Part shown: piece by piece, positions 25,034 to 40,000 of the stretch
Layout: every line of letters begins with the position of its first letter
Numbering within the stretch: the stretch's first letter is position 1
DNA from: Callorhinchus milii
Taxonomy: Eukaryota
Length of the DNA: 64,000 nt
Direction of reading: 5' to 3'
Assembly: GCF_018977255.1 (NCBI RefSeq)
Contig: NW_024704745.1
Span: 66,526,001 to 66,590,000, forward strand
Notes under the pieces: generated by a model
What the model was told of the DNA's origin: nothing
What the model saw: the letters and a program-made list of their open reading frames with translations, nothing else
Databases searched by the model: none
Position numbers and translations under genes: made by a program

Positions 25034-28000
25034 ATGGAGCACGTGCACTTGGCAGCGGTGGATGAAGAAGATCTCTATTCAGGATACAATGACTATAATC
25101 CAACATTTGATACAGAGGTATAATTAAGCGTTGGCTTCATTTATGTCAGTTCACTTTTTTTTATTTTAGTTTGTCAGTTGGGTGTCTGAAACATGTAGAA
25201 ACCCCATCACCATGCTTAAGTATCCAAACCAGGCTGAGATTCCACATAGCTATGCTATTTACACATGTAAATTATCCCTTTTCTAGAATTGTGTGTACTT
25301 ACTTTCCCCAGAGGGATGTACCCTGCTTAACTAATTCCAGAAGTATTACACGCAGGTTAGCAAGAGCTAAGGCTTGGGACCTTGGAATATGTTTGGCCAA
25401 CTACTTAGTTTAAGCAGTGAAGACCACATAGTTTACCCTTTTTTTTGGTCAGCCTGGTGCCTTGACACGTGCGGAAACCGATTATCATGCTTAAGAGTTT
25501 TCAAACCAGTTTTCTGACAAAGTGCCATATATGTATGTCAGCTACCCGTGGAAATTTCCCCATGTTTAGAATGGAATGTGCACTCTGTAGGTATGCATCC
25601 TGCTTAATTAATTCTGCAGAGTATTACGCGTAGTTTAGGAAAAGCCAAGGAGTGTGTTTGGGATAATGCTACAGTTTAACCAACTAAAACTGCATAGTTT
25701 CTATTAACTGCCCTGTTTGACAAGCTTCCTGCTGTGCCCAGCTAGGAACTCTCTGTCCGTTTGGGCTTTAACTTGTTGAGTTAAAAGGAGACAAATGGTT
25801 GGTCTGTTATTGGCAGTGTCCTGGAGTACCATGGACCTACCTTACTCAGGAATTGGACTACACAGGTCATCACAGAAGATGTGGTGGCCTCAATAGTCTA
25901 ATATTCCATTACCAGGTACTTCACTTTGGAGCTGAGATCCCGTTTACCTTCTGCCCTGGAGGATGGTCACTAGTTGATATCCAACAAGTGTCTATGATGG
26001 GGGAGTGGGATTGATTTGGATAGCTCTTTTCAAAGAGCCGGCACAGCCCTAATGGGCCAAATGGCCTAATTCTGTGCTGTATAATTCTATGATTCTATGA
26101 AGAACAGATTTGTGTCTTCATTAGGTCAATAGGCGGCACGAGAAACTTTTTGCAAGCCTTGTGGTGAGCAGCAAAACTCATGAAATATTTAAGGGTATTT
26201 TTTCTCCAGTTCAAGCCTATATTGCTTTTACGTTATATAAAATAAATTGTTAATCATTTGTCATAGTAAGTAAATGTCTCTGTGGCAATATTTGAATGAA
26301 GTTGAGTACTTTTGATGCTCTAATACTGTAAAAAAACTTAAATGCAACATAGACATTGGAATATATTGTCACTGTAAATGCTTTTTAAATGAACATTGTG
26401 AGGTTGTGCAAAGGAAACTGATTTGTTCTTGGTAATCGGACACGTTTCAGACTATCAATTATTTTCTAAATTGGTTAACTATTCTTGTAAGAAAAATCAT
26501 TTCCATTTATTTAAAAAATATGCTTAGTATTTTGACTTTTAGCAAAGGATGCTCAAATTTTGAGAAGCAATTTTCTGTAATCTGATATAATAAAGACAAC
26601 ATCCAATTATTTTGCCAACAATGTTCACGCACAACTTTAATTACATGTTCTAATATTTATAAAAATAATACTAAATGAAAAGCGCTTAAAATGTACATAA
26701 ATGTACATACATAAAATGGTGAATATAAAATATTGCATTTATTGCTGTCATATAAATGTTTCCAGTAAATATTACATTTTGTGTTTTTCAAAAAAACACT
26801 ATAGTAATAATTTTTGTCTTGTGTAGGAATTAGAAAATGATGTGGCTTTTCAGCAAGCCTTGAGGACCAGTCATGGAAGGAGACCCCCTGTAAGTAAATG
26901 GCAAATTGAAAGATTGTTGTATTGAGATGGAATTAATTAGCGAGGCTACATAAGTACTTTGGGATGTCCGTGCGATATTTATATAAGTGTAATTTTATAG
27001 AATATTATTATTTCTTCTTTGCAAACAAAAACTCAAGTCCTTTTTCAAGTTATTTCCTCCACTGTCACTTTAGGCTCACGATGTGCCAAATATGTCTGAG
27101 AGTATCGGTGAGCATTTCAGAAGAAAATACAAAAAGGCATAGATGAGACAAATGGGCTTTTCTCATTTCAATCTTTTCTTATTTAAAAAAAGACATTAGA
27201 ACATTATCTACATAATCCTATCTATAAGTATTATTTCCCCCCACAATTTATGAATAATAATACAATAATAATAATCCTTGCATTTGGTATAGGGCCTTTC
27301 ACTTTGGGGGTATGTCGCAAAGAGCTTCACAGGAAATATTGTAAAATGTAGTGATTTTGTTTTTGTGGACTAATGTAGCAGCCAATTGCGCACAGCAATG
27401 TCACACAAACCAACACAAAGCTACAACATTTTATTTGAAAAATGTAAAACTATTTGTACAGTAGTCCGTTGGTTATAGTTGTTCAATTGGAAATACAACC
27501 ATTAATCACTAACTTGTTTCATATTATTTCAATTCAGTATTAAGATTTTGCTTTTTGAGAGACCTTTCTGAAAGTTAAGTTAATACTACCATTATTATTA
27601 TTAAGATCATTATTAAGATTTTGGACTATTATTGGCCAGGACACTAAGAGAAACTCTCTTAAATATAATATTCATAATTAGAGCGCTTCACAGACATACT
27701 ATAAAGTGGAGTGACTGTGTAATCTGTGAGCAAAACACGGCAGCCAGTTTGTGTACAGCAAGGTCTCACAAACAGACATGGAGTGAGTGACCAAGTAATT
27801 TTATTTGGGGGATTGTCGGCCAGGACATTGGGAGAGAGAAACTCCCTTCTGATTTTGAATAGTGCCATGGGATCTTTGTGGATCTTGAACAGGTGTCTCA
27901 TCCGAAGGACGGTACCTCCAACAATGTAGCACATCCCTAGCACTTTACAACAACAACAACTTGATTTATGTAGCGCCCTCCATGCAGGACGGTGTCTCAG

Positions 28001-31000
28001 AGTGCTTTACAGTAACGGATCCTGGGACCGAGCCAGTGGAAGGGGGAGGAAGGTGACCAAAGGCGCGGTCGAAAAGAAAGGTCTTCAGCAGAGACCTGAA
28101 AATGGGAAGGGAGGGAGCGAGACGAAGGGAGTGAGGAAGGCACTTTACTAGAGTGTCATCTTAGACTATATGAATTCCAAGCCCCAACGTTTGGGTTGAG
28201 CTCACAGCCTTCAGACTCCGAGGCAAGAGTGCTATTGACCAAGCCAGGTTAATACCACTTTGTAAGGTTCTTTTACATTTCAGATAATAATAATAATAAT
28301 AATAATAATCCTTGCATTTGATATAGCGCTTTTCACGTCGGGAGGACGTCCCAAAGCGCTTCACAGAACACACTGTCCTTCCTTATCGAAGTGCCCTGCC
28401 CACTCCACCTGCTCACAACCATGCATACACATACCACTGTCCAACCAAGAAGTTTGGCAAACAATTTGTTTCAAGCTTCTTTTGAAGCTACTCTGTGACT
28501 GATGCGAGAAAGCACAGAAAGATGTCCTCGGTTAACTGTCCTTCAAATTTTCCCTCTACGAAATACCATTTTTAGCACTCTGGCATAGATGAGTTTGTCA
28601 CTTTGTGCATAATTGCACAGTGTAAAATTGGTTCCTATCAGTCTTCAGATTACCGGTGGCCGGGCTTTCAGCCTCTCTCCCCCACACTCTGGAACTCCAT
28701 CCCATGGTCCCTTCGCCTCGCTTCCTCCCTTGCCTCCTTCAAGGCTGTTTTCAAGACCCTTCTCTTCAATTGTACCTTTGGTCGCCCTCCCACCCCTCTG
28801 TCTTCCCTCAACCCTATACCACCCCTGCCCCATGCTCGGGCCCCGACACCTGACTGTTCAGCGCCTTGGGACATCCTCCCGACGTGAAAGGCGCTCTACA
28901 AATGTAATTTTGTTGTTATTGTATCTAAAGTGTACGTGTGATTGACTTAATTTACATAGTTAATTCTTGTTAAGAATTTAAATTACATATAAAGTACAGT
29001 GTATTCTACACTTTTTCATTTAACATTTATCACTGTTTGTAGTTCTGGTGAAATACATTTTAATCTTAGTCAGTAAGATACCCTTATGAAATTAAATGGA
29101 ATTTATTTACTAATGTGAAAAATATGAACTACATTTGAAAAATAAGATTACTAAATGCATTTTATCAATACTAAATATTTTAACAATTGTTCTGCAGATG
29201 ACTGCTAAAATACCAGGTTCTGCAATAGGTGCCCGTCCTTTTGGAACTATGTTGGCAGTAAGTAAAACAGTGAGCTGCAATTGTAGACCGTTTGCAGTGG
29301 TCAAATATTTTGTAAATTTGAAAAGTTGCTCTAGTTTAATAATTCCTGCAAAATAATTTTTCATTTAAGTAATGAATGACCTTTTTAACTTTTAGGCAAG
29401 ATTGCCCTTGTCATCATCAATGGGTAGACCTGTAACTGGTGCTATTCAGGTAAGGTAATGCTTACACCTGTTTTGATTATATACTGAACATAGATTTATT
29501 TAAATAACAAAAATAATCATCTTGCAATTTTCACTTCGCATATGTAGTGTTCTGGTAAACTAGAGTTCACAAATTCTCAGGAGGTGTACAACTTACTGTC
29601 AACTGGTTAGGAACATAGAGCATGGAGCAAGAAAAGGCAGACTAATTTTCCACATACCATGCACATTCTTACATTTCCTCATTAGTAATTCCATCCACTA
29701 TTTATCTACTCAAATTATTACGTCTCTCTTTGAATTGAATTCTTCTAAACTATTGATTTGCTACAACTTATCTTTTGAAAAGTAAGCCAACTTGTCTTGG
29801 TAAGAACATGGTTATTATCAAATATTGTAAACAGCCAAGGCCGTAGAACTGATCTGTACAGTAGTCCGTTGGTTATAGTTGTTCAATTGGAAATACAGCC
29901 ATTAATCACAAACTTGTTTCATATTATTCCAATTGATTATTAAGATTTTGCATAGTGAGGGACCTTTCTGAAATTTAAGTTAATACTATCATTAATCACT
30001 AACTTGTTCTATATTCTAATTCATTAATATTTGGCATTGTGAGGGACATTTCTGTAATTCAACCTCACTACCTTCAACCATTAGTTATGTAATAAAAGGT
30101 CTATTATTCAGTCAATTCATTATTCTCTAATAATCTTTCAAAATAATTCAGAAGCAGGATCCTAGCGAATTACTGCTTTTTTGGAAACCCTCAGTACATA
30201 TATGTACACTATGGTAAAATCCACTTTCAAAACTAAGAATCTTTGAGTTGTTTACATTCATTCTTTAAGGAAGGAGTTGGTGTTGCTCGACCCATGACAG
30301 CAGTGCGTGCAGCTGGCTATTCATCAGCAGCCATCAGAGGTTTGCTCAATTTTTTAAAAAAATTAAAATAAAGGTTACATTTGTTCATAATGTGTTTTAT
30401 TTAGGTTTTTTTTGTTACTTCAGGTTCAGCATTTGATCCACTGGGACAATCAAGAGGTCCTGCACCTCCTTTGGAAACAAAGAATGAAGATACGTAAGTC
30501 GTGGGGGGAAAATGCTTCACGGGAAATTCATCTCAGCTACTAGTATACAATCATCCTTGCATTTGATATAGCGCCTTATCCTGTCATTGAGATGCCGCAA
30601 AGCGCTCCACAGAATATACTGTAAAGTGTAGAGACTGTGTGTTTTGTGGGTGAAACGTGGCAGCCAATTGTGCACAGCAGTGTCCCACAAACAGTTGTGG
30701 ATTGAGTGACCAAATTAAACAACAAACAACAACTTGCCCCTCATGCAGGGTAGCGTCCAGAGCGCTTGACAGTGATGGAGCACAACACTGAGTCGGTGGG
30801 AGGGGTAGGTGACCATAGGCACAATTGAAGAGGAAAGTCTTCATGCGCAATCTGAAGATGGGGAAGAAGGGGCAAGGCGGAGGGATAGAGGAAGAGTGAA
30901 AGTGCAGCCACCAATCGTGGAACGGAGAGCACCAGGGACATGCAGGAAGCCGGAGCCAGTCAAGCAGAGGCAGCGGATTGGGAAGTAAGCAGGTCGGAGA

Positions 31001-34000
31001 GGTATTATTAACCTGGTAAACTCAACAACTCAAAAATTAACCTGATAAGGTATTATTAACCCCTTATCAACTTATACGCTCCCTCTGCTCAGCAGGCTCC
31101 GGCCTGCTCCCATGTCCCCTGCCCGACCTGCTCCACCATCGATGGTCGGATCTTCAGCCTCTCTGCCCCCAGTCTCTGGAACTCCATCCCATATTCCCTT
31201 TGCCTTGCTCCCTCCCTCGCCTCTTTCAAAGAATGCCTCAATACCCTCCTCTTTGACCGTGCCTTCGGCCACCTTCCTACCCTCTCTGCCCTCCACCCCA
31301 TCTGATTCCCCCATCCAGCTCAGGTGCTAATCCCTGACTGTTCAGCCCCTTGGGACGTCCTCCCAACATGAAAGGAGCTTTACAAATGTAATATTGTATT
31401 ATTTATTTATGGAGGGGTTGTTAGTACCACCAGAAAGCGATCCACTAATCAACTAACAATCGGGTTCCTACTTACTGCTAGCTAAACAGAGAGGTATGGA
31501 GTAAGGTATCTTGACTAAGGTTTTGCACCACCCGTGAATAAGGTTTTGAACCCGCGCCCTCTTGCTTGTGAGGTGAGTGCTCTAACCACTAAGCTACAGG
31601 AATCCACATTCACACCGATAAACATGCATTTTAATAGTTATTGCATATCTTAATAATATATTTTTCTACAATACTATTCTTTAGAATCATAGGTAAAATA
31701 TTATATTGTGAAAGGTTAGCCATAAATAATACATTTTGGGTTGCCTGTCACTGCATTGTCAAACTAATCTTTGCAGAGCCTAAGATCGCAGATTTGATTC
31801 CTAATTTGTACTGTGTTATCTGAGTCAATAGAGGCAGCAAGGCAGTAATTAAGCTAATGCAATTGGCCCAATGTTATTGGATAAGGAAGAGAATAACAAT
31901 ATGATGTTGGGTAGATTAAAATTTATGAATACAAACCATATATGGGAATGGTATAAATTGAAAGCCAAGCATTTACAGCTGAGCATATATTCTCTCAGGT
32001 GCTTTATTAGCAGACCTGGGTTTATCGAAAATGTGATAAAATACAGGGTGCTGTGGAAAAGGCAGATAAATGGAACTGAATGCATTGTTCTTTAAAAGAG
32101 CCAGCACATACAGGATGGGCCAAATGGTCGTCTTCTGTGCTATACATTTCTATGATCCTAGATTTGGATCCTTGTTTTTTGTCTTAATACCATCAAAGGT
32201 CATTGTAATTTTACATTTTTGCTTTTCTGCTTCACATTCAATTATTCGCAAAATGCAACATTTTTAATCGTGGTTTCTTCTTTGACCTGTACAGTATTTT
32301 CATTGTTGACTTGTTCTGTATTTTGATGGAAATGTTCAAACTCTGCACTGCCTCTTTTAGGCCAGAAGAAAAGGTTAAGCAGTTAGAGAAGACTGTGAAT
32401 GAATTGGTTGAGGAGAGTTGCATTGCTAACAGCCGCGGAGACTTACAACTGGTAAGAAATTCAAATGCTGAAATTGTTTTGTTTCATGAACTAAATTTCT
32501 AATTTGTGTAAATTTCTAAAGACAGTTAAAGTAGATCTTGAATCAAAGAAATATATTTTTATGCTTGCCTTTTAGAATGTAGGGATATACACCAAACATG
32601 TTTGTGCCTTTTATAAAAAAAACTCCAAAAAGTACATTTTAAATCGTTATTAAAAAGACAAATTTTCAGAATTCCCTCTTAACCACAAAACAGGAAGTGA
32701 TTCATCAGGGGTGTTTCATCTGGGTCTTCAGTTAAAACGAAAATCAGAAGCCCTAAGTATATCCTGTGAAGCGCTTTGACATAAAAGGCACTATACCAAA
32801 TATAAGGATTATTATAACTGTCCCACAGATCACTTGGTTTATTCAATTAATGGCTGTTTGGGGGATATCCACCTTTCTAAAATGTTGAAACATAGAATAC
32901 ATACAGCGCAGAAGGAGGCCATTTGACCTGTCTGCACTGGCTCACTGATGTAAAAGTTCACTATACTTATCTCTAAAGTAATTACCTGTAAAGTGCTTTG
33001 AGATGTTTCTATATGATAATGTACTAAAAAATATATAAGTTCTTTAATCTTTAAACTATGGAAAAATATTGAATTATTCATCATGCATTACCTTAGGCTT
33101 TGGAAAAAGCGAAAGAAGCGGGAAGAAAAGAAAGGATACTGGTAAGACAGAGAGAACAAACGGCATCTGCAGATCACATTAATCTGGATCTTACCTATTC
33201 GGTGAGTTGAATCATGAATGGCAATGGTAAAATGCTACATAAATGTGATTCAGATATGACATTTGGCTCAGCACCAGAATATGAATTCCTTAGACCATGT
33301 AAAAGTATACTGTTGAAAATAATGTGAATTCTATTAAAATTTCAGATGACTTGGGTTGGAAAGGATTTAATCTGATTGTGGAAATTTGGTGGTCAAATTA
33401 TCATGAAGGGTTATGAAAATATTTATTTTTTAAAAATCATGATTTTTTTTCCCCAAGGTACTCTTCAATTTAGCCAGTCAGTATGCAGCCAATGATATGT
33501 ATGCAGAAGCATTAAATACCTATCAGGTGATAGTAAAGAATAAGATGTTCAATAATGCAGGTAAGATTGCTGTAGAGTATTTTTTTAAAACTGCCTACAG
33601 CAGAACCTTGTTACAGTCTGCTCGACTGAATCTAATAGCTCAGTAGCTGTGTTTTAAGCAAAGCTAAAATATGGCTTAGCTCTGAGTTGTCAGGTCTCAT
33701 CTAACGTCACTTCCTGCTCATCACCCATGTGCGCCAAGAGCAAGAAGTGCCTCACCCCCCCGTCTATTCACAAGGCAACAACAGTAGCACGACTGTTGGA
33801 GAGAAATGATGGATGATAAAGAGAAATCGGATATAGGAACAGGAGGAGGCCTTCAGCCCTTCGAGCCTGTTCCGCCATTTAATTAGATCATGGCTGATCT
33901 ATACCTCAACTAATCCTTTCAATTCCAATTTCCCACTTTCTCCCCATAGGTTAATACCCTGACCTAGTGTAGATACACGCTATAAGCATGGTAGTGCTAT

Positions 34001-37000
34001 AGTAAAAGCACAATAACAGAGTTCTTCTGTACTTAGAATGTTTTAATGTTATATACTGCACTTACATAAAGTTAATTATCCAAATGTCAATAAATGACAT
34101 TAATCGGAAATGTTGGAGTTCAATCAAGAATTTTGAATTAAGGAAATGGTGCTCCTAACTAGAAGCTAGCTTGAGCAGAAGTGCTTTAAAATGGCATTTA
34201 TTTGATAGGTCGGCTAAAGGTAAACATGGCAAACATTTACTTCAAACAAAGAAATTATCCCAAGGCAATAAAATTCTACCGAATGGCGTTGGATCAGATA
34301 TCAAGTTCCCATAAGGAGATGAGGTACGAGGATAGGAAGAGCATGTGATATTTATCCAATGGGTAAAGCTGATCAAGTGACATTCAATTTGTTTATTGGT
34401 AAATGATCACACGTAATGCATGCCAGACTATTATTCATGAATTTCTGTGTGTTTCATCGTACTTAAAATGTTTTTTTCAGACTAAGATTATTAAAGAGAA
34501 TGTGGCAATGCACCAGCAGTGTTTCTGTTTTGTGTGGTACACAGTATCAGTACATTTCAATTGTAACATATGTAACTATTTTAATGAACATGGAATTGCA
34601 TGATTTGTTGTATTTCTTCAAATCTATTTAAAAAGCACTTGGAATTTAAAATTCAAAATCCAAATAGGAAAAGGGAATTTTAGAAAACTTGTATTCAAGT
34701 GATCTTAGAATAGGCAAATTCAGCTGATGATATGTTGAATGTTAGGTGCACTCAAAGGCTATTAATCTGTTTTGAACAAATTGCACTTTTTCTTTTCAAA
34801 TAGGATTAAAATAATGCAGAACATTGGTGTTGTATTCGTCAAAATGGGACAGTACTCTGATGCTATCACCTCCTTTGAGCACATTATGAGTGAAAGTCCA
34901 AATTTGAAAACAAGCTTTAACCTCATTCTGTGCTACTTTGCCATTGGTGATCGGGAAAAGATGAAAAAAGCATTCCAGAAATTGATAGTGGTTCCACTTA
35001 GCATTGATGAAGATGATAAATACATCCCACCAAATGTAAGTAGCATTACAAATTAATCATATTTAAGTGATTGCTTGGTTATCAGTGTAAACTTTTGATC
35101 TTTTGATTCATAAATTGGATAAGTCTCTTAAAATAGTAGTGTTTTTTCCAAATACAGTACGATAACCATTGAAACTACACCCAACACATTTGGCTTGTTG
35201 AAGGAAGTCTTGGAGTATAGAACATATAGAGACACACACTCAGAGATACGGAGAGAGACACACACACTCAGAGATAAAGAGAGAGAGAGACACACACACA
35301 CACCAGACACAGAAAGTGACACGCACACTCAGAGACACAGAGAGAGACATGCACACTCAGAGACAGACACGCACACTCAGAGACACAGAAATACTTCATA
35401 GTGCTCGCTTGGTTTCAAACAACTGAGTTGAGAAATTCTGCAGGAATGAGGATTATTGTTACTGAAGATACATCTTATATTGTGAGAAGAGTTGATAAGT
35501 CAACATGTACCATATTGTTATGTGATTTTTTTTAAAAGGATGATCCACATATGAATTTGGTTATTGAAGCTATAAAGAATGACTCACTGAGACAAATGGA
35601 GAGAGAAAGGTAACATACTTTTACACTTTTGCAAACTAAAATACCTATTTTTAATTTTGATAACTCAGAGGAAGAAGTCCATTTTATTATTAATGCAGAA
35701 TCAAAGAGTCAGAGGCATGAAACACTATAATAATTGTATAATTTTAAAAAAATCTAAATTGTAACTTGAGTGTTGAAATAGCTATGTTTAGGAACAATTT
35801 GATTTGCTGTAGAGAGACCACAGTGTAATTGATCAGTCTAGGGCTTCCTGCTATTTAAATATTAACAACTGCAATCGTATAGAGTGTTGCAGTATTTACC
35901 TCCATGTATTAAAATACTTTTTTTTAAATGGTCTTCATATTAAATAATGTAGATTCCCTCCTCCCCCAATTTAGAAAACTTAGATGTTCGACTTCTTTTG
36001 ATATTTGTTGTAAATGTGTTGTTGATCTTATTACTGGAAGTTACTTATAACAATTCTACACATGTTGCATTCCTGCAGAAAAGCGATGGCAGAAAGATTC
36101 ATCATGACGGCAGCTAAATTGATAGCACCTGCGATTGAGACATCCTTTGCCGCTGGATATGATTGGTAGGAACAAAGTTGGTCTCATTTGTGAAAATGTT
36201 ATGTCTGAGCTGTCAGCAGCCTGTTGTAAACTCGTATTGGCAGATTTTAATTTGTCTGAGTCAGTTCTCGTTTGGGGAATGGTGTGAGCAACGAGGATTG
36301 TTTGTGTATAAAATGGAAATCTTGACAATGCTATAATGGAGGGTTGTCTAGTACAATGGGAGAGGCATTATACATCTTACACTCTTGTACCTGTCCTGTG
36401 GGTGCTTAATCCTGATATTTGCTTCAAAATGTTCTAATTTCCATTGCTATCACCTCTCAGCTCAATACAAATTATACTTCAATTTCCCATCCCCCACTCC
36501 CATAACTTTGAAAAACAATATGATATGAAGAGAGTACAGAATCTTCTGTTGAAATAAATTAATCAAACTGAAATTGTTGACTTTTTCAGGTGTGTGGAAA
36601 TGGTGAAGGCATCGCAGTATGTTGAACTGGCTAATGACTTGGAAATTAATAAAGCTATTACATACTTGAGACAAAGGGACTTTAACCAGGTAACAAACTG
36701 TTGTTCCCTTTAAACAATTGTTCGAAAAACCTCCATACTTTTTACTTATCGTTATATTTCCATGTGCATATGGATGTCTGCATTCCAAATAAGAAGTAAT
36801 TGAATTGGAACACTATAACGTTTAAGAGAATCTGTTCTACATAAGAGCCATGGAAACATTTTTTCTTCCATCAGGCCCTATTGTACTTCTCTTCAACCGT
36901 GCCTTCACCTCCCCTCTCGACTCTCTACCCCTTCCTCGCTCCCTCCCTTCCCTCCCCTCACCCTGACCATTTCCCCCCCGCTAAGGGTCCCGACCCAACT

Positions 37001-40000
37001 GTCCAGCGCCTTGGGACGTCCTCCCGACGTGAAAGGCGCTCTATAAATGCAATCTTGTTGTTGTTATCTTGGTATTGATACCATACCAGGGACAAAGTTC
37101 TTCTCTGTTCACTTTGTAGCTTTGATGTCAAAGGCATTATATAAATGTAAATTTATATTGTTTGGATTGTAGTTCCCTATTTTATTTTTGCTTAATTGAT
37201 GGCTTCATTATATTAGTGACCAGATTTAATTTGTTTGCAGATCCTTTTCAAAAGTTTCTAAAACAAAAGGATTTCACAACCCTTCAATTCCGACATACAC
37301 ATGACTCCAACCTTCAGAATGCATTTTATAATTTTTGTATTAACTTGTCCATATCATGGTGTAGCCAGTTATATATTTTCTCATTGGGCTGAGATAAAAT
37401 TGTATATTTTATTAATATATAATAATAATCCTTGCATTTGATATAGCACCTTATCACGTCTTCGAGACTGTAAAGTGAATTGACTATATTTTGTGGGCAA
37501 AAGGTGGCAGCCAATTGCACACAGCACTGCCCCATAAACAGTCGTGAATTGTGTGACCAAATTATATTTTGCCATACTTCTCTACTTTTTTTTGTCAAAC
37601 ATTTAAAATTACATTTAAAATATAGGTAGCAGCACTAGTAGAGGCCTAAAGAAAGGTTGCCTATCTATCTTCTAAGTGGTACAGGACTTTGAAGGCTGCC
37701 AGAAAAATTAAACAACCTAACCTTCAGCTAGGAAAACAGCCAGGTTAATAATATGTTTAAGTGATTGTGAAGTGTGATCCTTGTAAGGTACTTAATACAG
37801 ATAGTGATTGGATTCTATTGTGTCACTTTTATCATTTCAATCATAGAGGATCTTTTGTAATAAAAACTTTTGAAAGCATTTTTAAAGTAATTGCTGCATT
37901 GCAGCGTTTCATCCAACCCATTGCAACGATCCTGGGTTAGTTATCAAATGCAAGGATTATTATTATCATCCTGGCGTTCACACCTCTGCAAACCAGAGAT
38001 CCTTTGATATTGTAATGCAGTATTTACCCTAACAGCTCTAGGCGTCAAAGGTTAATGTATTTTATGTTGTGCTGCAATGGAATATCGCATTTTTTGAAAA
38101 TGTTCTTTTTCTATATTTAGTAAAAATGAAACTGAAAAAGTAGCATTATCCGTTAAAACACTGAGCAAAATCATGGGAATATATATTTAAACCAATGTCA
38201 CATATTAAACTAGTGAAGCAACTAAGATTAGACAGCAATTAATGACTTAACTACATTTATACCTGTGGATGCTTCTACTCTCTCCACACATTGTCTTTCA
38301 GGACATATGCATGTTTAACTTACTATGCTCTAAATTTTAATTTCCAAATACAGGGAGTACAAAATTGCTGATTTGTAGAAGTAATACTCTTATATACTTA
38401 TTCTATATTTCTCTCTATCAATATGGCTAGTATGGAGTTGAAATATATAGCAGACCTGAATGTTCTGAAAATTTCAAAGCTTTGTATTTTGAAGTCATTT
38501 TTAGTTTCACTTTTTCAGTTTTACATAAATCTAGTCAATTTAGCTTTCATTGGGTACTGGTTTCATAAAAAAATCTTGTTTGTGTTATGCCTTTGTTGCC
38601 TCTCTTTTCTCTTTCTGCTACCACTTTGATCACACCACACTGTTTGTTTGACCTCACAGTATGTCAAGGTGGGTATTGATTTCAGTTATTTAGTGTAAGG
38701 TAGGCTTCTGCTGTTATTATGAAAACTTTCTCCCTATCTCTCTCCCCCCCCACCCCCCCCAACACACACACACACACACACATACACACATATGTTTAGC
38801 CCAGTAGTATTCGGACCGATTATAGAGCCCTGACTAATGAGGTTCGCACATGCACATTAGAACTTCAGCTTTTTGGTCTTGTTAGCTTAGTTGCGTTTTG
38901 AAATGCATCAAATCTTGCACTCATCAGAGTATATGGAATTGAACTTTGACCATAATCAAAGTATATGTTTTAAATCAGTCATTACATATCATAAAATAGT
39001 TCTCCACATTTCTAAAATCAATATAGTTTACCGCACATTTTAAAGTAACAAATTAATCGGCACTATTTATTTTCTAGGCTGTGGAGACGCTAAAAATGTT
39101 TGAGAAGAAGGACAGCCGGGTTAAGAGCGCAGCTGCAACAAACCTCTCTTTCCTTTACTTTTTGGTGAGTATTGAGGAGCCATTGAAATTGGTCTAAATT
39201 CTGATATTTTTATTCCTTTTCTCCCATTTTACATACGCCATACTAGAAGCAACGAGAAGCTTTCCACTGAGAATGTTTAAAAAATTCCCCTAGGATCTGA
39301 AATTCATTGGAGTGACAGCTGTCCTCACCAAGATTGGCTAACTCAAGAGAGACACCAAAGGAACGTGGGACTTTTCTGTTTTTTATGACTTAGTACTACA
39401 CGCTGTATTTGTATAAATTGTTATATAGATCACAGTTGTGTCAAATTTTGGACACTACTTTCAGAAGATATCGGACCATGGATGCATGAATGATTTGACC
39501 TATGTGCAGATACTGGAGGAACTGAGCCTATTTTCATTGGGTCAGAGAAGGTTTAAGGGAGCCCTAACAGAGATCTTTGCATTTATGATAAGTTTTGATA
39601 GAATTGATGGAGAGAAGCTACAGTATTTCCAAGTGGAGTACTCAAGCACTCCAATAGGCACTATATAAATGCAAAATGTTGTTGGTGTCCCAATTTAAGA
39701 CAATTAGCAAAGGGGAGATCAGGAGGATTTTTTTTAACAAAGAGTTGTAAAGATGTGGAATGCCCTCCTGTGTATGGTTGTTGTAGCAGAATCCATTTTA
39801 ATTTTCAAGAGGGATCTAATATAGATATCTAAAACAAACTCCTTTGTAGGGATATAGAGAAAAGGCAGCTATATGGGACTGAATAGAGTTAAGAGAGGCT
39901 GGAGGTGCGAACTGTTGCATCTGGATGTATGATACAGTAATATATGTATTATAACTTTGAAATTTAATATTCTTTCAGATGTTGCTTCCTAACATGTTTC

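Noticed and set aside
25360-25390. Twister-ribozyme-like GGTCCCAAGCC on the minus strand
   Set aside because: Loop is one nucleotide short, P1/P2 could not be built, and the motif is altered or absent in the other repeat copies.
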